This document shows, piece after piece, positions 9,090 through 15,844 of a stretch of DNA of 64,000 bases (position 1 is its first letter; the number at the start of each line of letters is the position of its first letter). Below the pieces are notes generated by a model, which was given only the letters and a program-made list of their open reading frames with translations, had not been told where the DNA came from and searched no databases. Both the position numbers and the translations under genes were made by a program. The stretch spans positions 1,369-65,368 of the forward strand of contig JBKHHE010000003.1 of NCBI GenBank assembly GCA_046539305.1, written 5' to 3'. This DNA is from Candidatus Aenigmatarchaeota archaeon (GTDB lineage: Archaea; Aenigmatarchaeota; Aenigmatarchaeia; PWEA01).

Positions 9090-11087
9090 TCATCGGTTGT
9101 ATCCAGGTATGTCCTGCGGGCCTTCGTATCCTACCTCCTCCGCAATCTTCTTCAGACAGTCCGGGTTCTTCGCGGTTCGCATGTCGCCGAGCTCCTCGTC
9201 CTCCAGCAGCGAACGCAGGAACCTTCTTATCACTTTACCGGACTCCGTCTCCGGAAGGCTCTCTACGAAGTATATTTCGCCCGGCGTCGCCACGGGCCCT
9301 ACCTCCCTCCTGACAGATTTTACTATATCCTTCTTAAGGTCTTGTGAGGGTTCTGCACCTTCGACAAGTATGGTGAACAGTGCCGGAACCTCCCCCTTGA
9401 TGTCGTGGGGCTTTCCGACGACGGCGACTTCCGCGACCCCGTCCACGGTCTGAACTGCGTCCTCTATCTCCGCCGTTCCGAGACGATGGCCCGCCACCTC
9501 CATCAGATCGTCCATCCTTCCGACTATCTTGAAGAGCTTCTCACCGTTCACCTCATAGTTAGTCTTTATACCTTCGTCTCCGGAGAAATATATTTCGTCC
9601 CCGTACCGGCTCCAGTACTCCTCCCTGTACTTGTCCGGATTCTTGTAGACCCCCCTGAGCATGCCGGGTGAGAACGGATCCTTCACCACTACGGCTCCCT
9701 TGTCCGTGGGCTCACCTTCCTTGTCCAGGATGTCGTAGTTCACGGGCGGCAGGGGAGCCCCTGCGACGCCCGGGACGAAGGGACCCATACCCGGGAGGGA
9801 TGTCAGAAGTATCCCGCCAGTTTCCGTTTGCCAGTAGGTATCAACTATCGGGCACCTTCCACCACCGACCTCCTCGAAGTACCATTCCCATGTCTCCGGG
9901 TCTATAGGTTCGCCGACGGAGCCAAGTACACGGAGAGAGGAGAGATCGTGTTTCCCAGGAAGATCTCTCCCTTCCTTTATCAGCATACGGAGGGCCGTGG
10001 GTGCGGTGTAGAACTGTGTCGGTTCGTATTCCTCTATTATATCCCACCATCTGTCCATGTCCGGGTAGTCAGGCGAGCCCTCGTACCACAGTGTCGTCCC
10101 GCCGTGCATAAGCGGTCCGTAGAGCGTATATGTATGCCCCGTTATCCAGCCTATATCCGCCGTGGAGAAGAAGAGGTCGTCCTCGTGGAAGTCGAAGACC
10201 CATTTCATCGTGAGGGCGGCCTGCACCATATATCCACCTGTAGAATGTTTTATGCCCTTTGGCTTTCCTGTGGTTCCGGAGGTGTATAGTAGGAAAGCCG
10301 TGTTCTCCGCATCGAGCTCCTCCGGCTCACATATGTCGTCGACTTCTCCCTCCAGGTCATCAAGAAAGTGGTCCCTTCCTTCCTCCATCTCCGGCTCCGC
10401 ATCCGCCCGGTTCACCACGAGGCATTTGTCAGCCCCCACTTCCTCAAGCGCATCGTTTATCCTGTCCTTGAGCTCTATGACCTTTCCACGTCTGTAGAAT
10501 CCATCCGCGGTTATAAGTATGTCGGAGCCGGCATCGTCCATCCTCTTCCTCACCGCCTCCGGGGAAAAGGCCGTGTACACAATGGAGTGCCAGGCATCTA
10601 TCCTCTGACATGCAAGAGCTGCGATGGCCGTCTCGGGAATCATGGGCATCCAAAAAGTAACGGCGTCGCCCTTTTCGACACCCAGCTCCTTAAGAACGTT
10701 AGCGAACTTCTGCACTTTCCGGTGCAGATCACCGTAGGTGAGGACCCTCTTCTCCTCGTCCACGGGCTCCGGCTCCCAGATTATCGCGGGCTTGTCCCTT
10801 TTGTCCTCCAGATGCCTGTCCACGCAGTTGTACGACAGGTTGGTCTTCGCGCCCTTGAACCACTTGAAAAAAGGTGGTTCCCACTTCTGCACGTAGTCCC
10901 AGTCGGGGTCGAACCAGTCTATCAGTTCCTCCGCCTTCTCCGCCCAGAACTCCTTCGGATTTTCCTTCGCCTTTTTATATATTTCCGGATCGGATAGGTG
11001 CGCCTTCTCCTTCATCTCTTCAGAAGGCCAGTAAACACCGTCCTTTTCCACGACCCAGTTGGTTCCTTTCTCCGACATATCACTCAA
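9090..11087 (-). CDS. acs: Acetyl-CoA synthetase (AMP-forming)
   Basis: 665 aa. AMP-binding signature 'YTSGTTGKPKG', 'WWQTETGG'-like 'YWQTETGG', and a C-terminal 'ESLPETESGKVIRR'. Confidence 0.95.
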   Translation of the reverse strand: MSDMSEKGTNWVVEKDGVYWPSEEMKEKAHLSDPEIYKKAKENPKEFWAEKAEELIDWFDPDWDYVQKWEPPFFKWFKGAKTNLSYNCVDRHLEDKRDKPAIIWEPEPVDEEKRVLTYGDLHRKVQKFANVLKELGVEKGDAVTFWMPMIPETAIAALACQRIDAWHSIVYTAFSPEAVRKRMDDAGSDILITADGFYRRGKVIELKDRINDALEEVGADKCLVVNRADAEPEMEEGRDHFLDDLEGEVDDICEPEELDAENTAFLLYTSGTTGKPKGIKHSTGGYMVQAALTMKWVFDFHEDDLFFSTADIGWITGHTYTLYGPLMHGGTTLWYEGSPDYPDMDRWWDIIEEYEPTQFYTAPTALRMLIKEGRDLPGKHDLSSLRVLGSVGEPIDPETWEWYFEEVGGGRCPIVDTYWQTETGGILLTSLPGMGPFVPGVAGAPLPPVNYDILDKEGEPTDKGAVVVKDPFSPGMLRGVYKNPDKYREEYWSRYGDEIYFSGDEGIKTNYEVNGEKLFKIVGRMDDLMEVAGHRLGTAEIEDAVQTVDGVAEVAVVGKPHDIKGEVPALFTILVEGAEPSQDLKKDIVKSVRREVGPVATPGEIYFVESLPETESGKVIRRFLRSLLEDEELGDMRTAKNPDCLKKIAEEVGYEGPQDIPGYNR

Positions 11088-11160
11088 AAGTTGGTAAGGT
11101 GCGTTTAAAAATTTTGCTATGCTTGAGCCCAGACTTATAAGACTTGGGAAGAAAGGGAAT

Positions 11161-11229
11161 ACGGGGCAATGAGCGCACCGCCCCAGTCCGACCTTCGGGA
11201 TGAGGACAAGGGTAGCTAGTGAGCCCCCT
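11161..11229 (+). ncRNA. Candidate box C/D sRNA (2'-O-methylation guide)
   Basis: Terminal stem GGGGC/GCCCC. Box order is C-like AUGAGCG, a 12-nt spacer, D'-like CCGA, a loop, C'-like AUGAGGA, a 12-nt spacer, then D-like GUGA. Tandem G.A pairs are preserved. TTATAA lies about 25 nt upstream. The D' guide is complementary to the LSU P-loop sequence. Confidence 0.55.
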
Positions 11230-11291
11230 ATTCTCTCTGCTCCAACGTTAGAGTTTTAAATCAGAGGGACGAATTGAGTTTGGGGTGAAAA

Positions 11292-11525
11292 ATGGTAGAT
11301 TTTGAAACTCTCGAAGGGACCGAGGTGACGTTCGGGGGCAACGACTTCATACAGGTTGCCAGAAAGAAGGCAGTGGACGAGGACAGTGAGAACGTCTTCC
11401 TTTCATTATCCAAGGGATTTTTTGGCGACAACGACGAGAGGATTTGGCAGAAGAACTTCTCAATCCCGGACGACGAGGAGGTCCTCGACGAGATTATTGA
11501 GGCACTGAAGAAGTTGAGAAAGTAG
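11292..11525 (+). CDS. Small acidic protein, possibly PC4/YdbC-like (tentative)
   Basis: 77 aa. The pattern '..FIQVARKK......FLSLSKGFF.....W.K.FSIP.DEE.L.EIIEAL' is reminiscent of PC4/YdbC-type ssDNA-binding proteins. The similarity is weak. Confidence 0.45.
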   Translation: MVDFETLEGTEVTFGGNDFIQVARKKAVDEDSENVFLSLSKGFFGDNDERIWQKNFSIPDDEEVLDEIIEALKKLRK

Positions 11526-11530
11526 ACAAG

Positions 11531-11695
11531 GGGGCCATAGTGTAGCCAGGCCTAGCACAGCGGACTCCAGATTTTTGGAGTTTTGACCAGGAGTACATGC
11601 TTTTCCGCGGATCTTCTGGGATGATAGAAAGTTGGATGTATGGCTATATGCCAAGGTGACATCCGCAGCCCCCGGTTCAAATCCGGGTGGCCCCA
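11531..11695 (+). tRNA. tRNA-Trp (anticodon CCA) with a 90-nt intron at the canonical 37/38 position (intron 11571-11660)
   Basis: Acceptor GGGGCCA/TGGCCCC, anticodon stem GCGGA/TCCGC, loop CTCCAG|A, T arm CCCGG-TTCAAAT-CCGGG, discriminator A. The splice sites sit in 3-nt bulges (AG|A and AC|A) around a 4-bp helix with one U.U. Confidence 0.9.
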
Positions 11696-13366
11696 CTATT
11701 TCTCTTCCAGCCCTTCCAGATCCTCTTTCAGTTCTCCGAGGAGATCTTTCCTCATCCTCTTGGTCATTTCCCTGTCTCCGTATATTGCCTCTTCCACGTA
11801 GTCGACTAGTTGCTCCGATGCGAGCAGGTCGGGGACTATCACGTAGTCCACCCCCTGATCCAGGAGCTCCGCAGCGTCTTCAAACCTGTTCGACCTGACT
11901 ACCTTTCTGGCGTCCGTGTCGAGAGACAGCACCTTTTCGGAGATGTTTTTCTGAGGTGCAGTGGATATTATGAGATCCGCTTCCTTGCAGTTTGCCTTCT
12001 CCCACGACTCGTCCTCCATCGCACTTTTGAATATGTAGTTCTCCAGTTCTTCGGCCTCCTCGAGCCTTTCCGGGTTTATCTCTATAACCACGAAGTCCAC
12101 CCCCTTCTGGAGCAGATACTCCCCCAGCCTGCTGCCCTGGACGTCGTATCCTACTATTATTATGTGGTCCTCTAAATGGGTGTCGATTTGCGTATGAAAC
12201 CTCTGTATGTCTCCGGGAGTGTCGACCGGAAGGATCTCTGATAACCAGGAGTAAATCTTGTCCGAGTAGCTGTCGGTGTAGGCAGTAGTGACCATTGTAA
12301 CAATCGTGGCCAGTATGATTCCCTGGAAAACGAAGTCGGTTATCATCCCTACGAGATAGGCCTGTATTACAATTATGAGTACGAACTCGCTGACCTGGTC
12401 CAGGGTCAGTCCGCAGCGGTAGGCCGTTCTTTTATCGTAGCCGTAGTACATAAGTGAGAAGGCGGTGAGTAGGGGTTTCACCATAACCGTCACCAGTATT
12501 ATCATGGCGGCTACACCAAGGGAGGCGATGTTGGGAAATGCCAGGAGTGCACCCAGTGAAAAGAAGAATATCGCCGCGAAGAAGTCTTTCAATGACTCCA
12601 TACTCTCCACAAGCTCCACGTTGTATGGGAAGTAGGAGAAGGCTATACCCGCGAAGAATGCGCCCACTACGACGGAGATTCCTGCTATCTCCGAAATGTA
12701 TATCATCAGTGCAAGCATGGAGACTCCGGAGAGCATCATTAGTTCTTCCGAGGAGTCACAGAGGTCGAACAGCCAAGGGAAGAGGAACTTTCTGAAGATC
12801 AGTGAGACCGCCAGCATGCCCCCACCCACGGCCAGGGCGTATCCCATACTCACGCCGAACAGCACGGGACTCAGGAGCAGTATGAGAAGCACTGCAAGCA
12901 TATCATGTATCAGGTCCGTGGCCTCCGCAAGCCTGCCGTAAAGTAGCTCTACAGTCGCGTATTTTTCCGAGAGCTCCGTTCCTGTCAGGGAGGAGCTGAA
13001 GACCAGGGCAGCGCTTATATAGATGGAATCGAGCATCCCGAAGCCTGTGAAGTAGTGTATTCCGAAGAAACCTATTCCCAGCCCGGTTATGTGGGCGCCC
13101 ACGCTTAACACGCTTGCGTTTATCCCGTGTTTCAGTCTTCCTGGCTCGAGTTTGGCGCCGAAAAGGAAAACAACGAAGGCCACGCCCCACTGAAGCAGTT
13201 CCAGGAGGCCTTCCTCTGCTATGAACAGTCCCCCGATAACCCCTGCTATTATATACGCCGGAATCTTGGGGTTGGAGGTTTTTTTGAATAAAAGCAGGAC
13301 TGCGGCCGAGGAAACGAAAATTATTCCCAGGATGTATGTTATCTCTATCATAGTCTCGCCTCCCAA
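11696..13366 (-). CDS. CPA2-family cation:proton antiporter with a C-terminal RCK/TrkA-N domain (Kef-type)
   Basis: About 380 aa of polytopic Na_H_exchanger-like TM region, then 'HIIIVGYDVQGSRLGEYLLQKGVDFVVIE' (Rossmann RCK). The stop abuts the tRNA-Trp 3' end. Confidence 0.85.
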   Translation of the reverse strand: MGGETMIEITYILGIIFVSSAAVLLLFKKTSNPKIPAYIIAGVIGGLFIAEEGLLELLQWGVAFVVFLFGAKLEPGRLKHGINASVLSVGAHITGLGIGFFGIHYFTGFGMLDSIYISAALVFSSSLTGTELSEKYATVELLYGRLAEATDLIHDMLAVLLILLLSPVLFGVSMGYALAVGGGMLAVSLIFRKFLFPWLFDLCDSSEELMMLSGVSMLALMIYISEIAGISVVVGAFFAGIAFSYFPYNVELVESMESLKDFFAAIFFFSLGALLAFPNIASLGVAAMIILVTVMVKPLLTAFSLMYYGYDKRTAYRCGLTLDQVSEFVLIIVIQAYLVGMITDFVFQGIILATIVTMVTTAYTDSYSDKIYSWLSEILPVDTPGDIQRFHTQIDTHLEDHIIIVGYDVQGSRLGEYLLQKGVDFVVIEINPERLEEAEELENYIFKSAMEDESWEKANCKEADLIISTAPQKNISEKVLSLDTDARKVVRSNRFEDAAELLDQGVDYVIVPDLLASEQLVDYVEEAIYGDREMTKRMRKDLLGELKEDLEGLEEK

Positions 13367-15042
13367 TGTATTACCTGTTTGTCGCCTTCTATTATTTCAT
13401 CAAATACATCAGGGCTTTCTAGGAAGTTCTCTATATACTCGGTCATCTTGTCTGCCGCGAGCATTCTTTTGATTATCACGAAGTCCGCACCGAGGTCGTA
13501 CAACTCCGCCGCCTCTTCTCTGTCCTTCGCCCTGAGGAAGACAAAGGCCTCCTCCTTGACTTCCTCCAGGATTCTCCGGTTGACTGCCTCTTCCGCTGTC
13601 AGGCTGATGGCCAGGTCCGCCTTCCCGAGTCCGATGGACCTTCTCATCTCCCCGTGTTTCATGTCACCAAAGACGGACTCTACGTCCAACTCCTTCAGGG
13701 TCTTCACGTGCTTCGGGTCCCTGTCTATGACCACGACGTCTTCGTACCTCTCCTTCAGGACGGGAGCCAGGCGCCTGGTGACCTCGTTGTACCCGACTAT
13801 CACCGCATGGTTGTTCAAGGTCTTGATCTCAATATCCGTTTTCTCCTCGGATTCAAGGAACTCCAGATAAGGTTTTAGTCTCTGGTACAGCTCATCGTTG
13901 AACTTTATAAGGTAGGTAGAAGCCGCCATCGTGATAACCACGGTCAGACTCAGGTATCCGAGTATGCCCTGATCCACCAGACCAGAACTCACTGAGACCG
14001 CGCCAACTACCAGAGCGAACTCGCTGCACTGGGTCATATTTATACTTCCCTTGAAGGACGTTTCCGGGGAGAACCTTTCTCTGTCTATCAGCCAGAACAT
14101 TATGAGGAAGCTCACGGGCATCAGCACGGCGGAAGAGATCAGCGCTTCCTTCCAGTAGGCGAGCAGACTCTCCCTTGTCAGCTGAAGGCCTATAGAGGTG
14201 AAGAAGAGAACTATAAAGAAGTCGGTCAGAGGCCTCATCTGCTCCTTCATCTCGTCGCTGAAGGGTGTCTGTGCGAGTCCGAGACCCGCTATGAACGCCC
14301 CGACTTCTATAGATACACCGAGGTAGCTGGAGACAGCTATGAACAGGAAGGCCCAGGCAGCGCCGTTTATCAGGAGGATGTGTTTGTTTTTCCCTATCTC
14401 CTCGACTATTTTTGGAACTAGGTATCTCGATACGGAGTAGGAAAACATTGAAAAGACGGCGAGGATGCCCATTACCTGTAAGAAGTTTACTGCTATCGGT
14501 ATAGGTCCACTGAGGTTTGGAGAGGAGAGTAAGGTTAGAACCACGACCACGAATATGTCCTGGATAAGCAGAACACCAACATCTATTTTTCCCGGAAGTG
14601 TGGCGGCTTCGCCCTTGTCCACTAGCGTTTTGACCACTACGGCCGTGGAGGCGTAGATCGTGGCGAGGCTTATGACCAGTATCTCCACCCCCTGAAAACC
14701 TAAAAAGTACGCGAGAAACACAGAAAACAATGCGTGTATGCTTATCTGCAGCGCACCGATCCTCATCACGGGTTTCAGTATGTTCTTTATCGACTCGAAT
14801 TTCAGTTCAAGTCCGAGAAGAAAAAGCAGAAGCGCCAGACCCATCTCCGACACCAGCTCTATAAGGTTCCCGTGGGATACCACACCCAGAAACACCGGTC
14901 CGAGGACTATCCCCGCAACTAGGTACGCGACCAGGTTCGGCTGGTAGGTCCTGTGTGCGAGAAAACCGAGGAAGGTAGCAGTGACTATCAGTATGACGAA
15001 GTCCTGGGTTATGAATAGGCCTTCGGCGGCTATATCAAACAT
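13348..15042 (-). CDS. CPA2-family cation:proton antiporter with a C-terminal RCK/TrkA-N domain (tandem paralog)
   Basis: Same architecture as the downstream gene ('HAVIVGYNEVTRRLAPVLKERYEDVVVID'). It overlaps that gene by 19 nt. Confidence 0.85.
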   Translation of the reverse strand: MFDIAAEGLFITQDFVILIVTATFLGFLAHRTYQPNLVAYLVAGIVLGPVFLGVVSHGNLIELVSEMGLALLLFLLGLELKFESIKNILKPVMRIGALQISIHALFSVFLAYFLGFQGVEILVISLATIYASTAVVVKTLVDKGEAATLPGKIDVGVLLIQDIFVVVVLTLLSSPNLSGPIPIAVNFLQVMGILAVFSMFSYSVSRYLVPKIVEEIGKNKHILLINGAAWAFLFIAVSSYLGVSIEVGAFIAGLGLAQTPFSDEMKEQMRPLTDFFIVLFFTSIGLQLTRESLLAYWKEALISSAVLMPVSFLIMFWLIDRERFSPETSFKGSINMTQCSEFALVVGAVSVSSGLVDQGILGYLSLTVVITMAASTYLIKFNDELYQRLKPYLEFLESEEKTDIEIKTLNNHAVIVGYNEVTRRLAPVLKERYEDVVVIDRDPKHVKTLKELDVESVFGDMKHGEMRRSIGLGKADLAISLTAEEAVNRRILEEVKEEAFVFLRAKDREEAAELYDLGADFVIIKRMLAADKMTEYIENFLESPDVFDEIIEGDKQVIHWEARL

Positions 15043-15105
15043 GGTGATCCCGTTTCAGGGCCTGGACCCTAAATTTATTTAACTGTTCCATTTAAATATG
15101 CTTAT

Positions 15106-15684
15106 ATGCCCGGCGAATGTCCCTTCTGCAAGATAGTCAGGGGTGAGGAGGACTCAGAAAGGGTCTACGAGAACGATGGCTTTCTTGCCATCCTTGATAT
15201 AAATCCATCCACACCGGGTCATACATTGGTTATACCCAAGGAGCACGTGGCCACCTTTCCCGAACTTTCCGCGGAAACCACTGGAGCTCTTTTCGACGCG
15301 GTGCAGGAGGTTATGAAAAGACTGGAAGGGGGGTTGGAACCAGATGGGTTTAATGTGGGTTGGAACCACGGAAAAGCGGGCGGCCAGGCCGTCCCACATT
15401 TGCATCTGCACGTTTTGCCGAGGTTCGAGGGAGACAAAGGTGGTCCGGTACAGGCCGTGGTGAGGAACGAGCCGGAAGAGGACATTTCCACGGTAGCAAG
15501 GAGAATAAGCGGCGGCGGTTCACCTCCCAAACAGGGACTGGAGGTATCTGACCCTTCGGCGGAGGTTCCGTCCGAAGAGGAAGAGTGTGAAGAAGAAGAG
15601 GAAGATGAAGAAGAGGATGAGGAGGACCAAATAAATAAAAGTGCCAGGGAGAAATGGAAAGAGATGAAGAAAGGACGGTATTAG
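15106..15684 (+). CDS. HIT-family (histidine triad) nucleotide hydrolase/transferase with a poly-acidic C-terminal tail
   Basis: 'CPFCKIV' N-terminus and the histidine triad 'VPHLHLHVLPR'. The tail reads 'EEEECEEEEEDEEEDEED'. Confidence 0.9.
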   Translation: MPGECPFCKIVRGEEDSERVYENDGFLAILDINPSTPGHTLVIPKEHVATFPELSAETTGALFDAVQEVMKRLEGGLEPDGFNVGWNHGKAGGQAVPHLHLHVLPRFEGDKGGPVQAVVRNEPEEDISTVARRISGGGSPPKQGLEVSDPSAEVPSEEEECEEEEEDEEEDEEDQINKSAREKWKEMKKGRY

Positions 15685-15727
15685 GAAAAACGAACGTACG
15701 TGGACCGAAGTCCACGCCATTATCCGT

Positions 15728-15844
15728 GCGGCCGTGGTCTAGTGGCTAGGACTCGAGCCTTCCATGGGCACGCCCGGTAAATCTTTGGTCGGGCGCGCAG
15801 TCCGGAGCCAGCTCGCAACCCGGGTTCAAATCCCGGCGGCCGCA
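15728..15844 (+). tRNA. tRNA-Gly (anticodon UCC) with a 45-nt intron at 37/38 (intron 15765-15809)
   Basis: Acceptor GCGGCCG/CGGCCGC, D arm GTCT-AGTGGCTA-GGAC, anticodon stem CGAGC/GCTCG, loop CTTCCA|A, T arm CCGGG-TTCAAAT-CCCGG. A canonical hBHBh' motif is present, with central helix CUUC/GGAG and bulges CA|U and CC|A. Confidence 0.85.

Noticed and set aside
11460-11898. ORFs 11460-11696(-), 11632-11898(+) and 15764-16021(+), which cover the tRNA-Trp and tRNA-Gly loci.
   Set aside because: They run through well-formed tRNA cloverleaves and introns and have no protein-like features.
15699-15716. The hairpin GTGGAC-CGAA-GTCCAC between the HIT gene and tRNA-Gly, considered as a possible regulatory RNA.
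   Set aside because: It is a short 6-bp stem directly after a stop codon and 12 nt before the tRNA. It is most simply a transcript-end or processing structure and is not distinctive enough to call.
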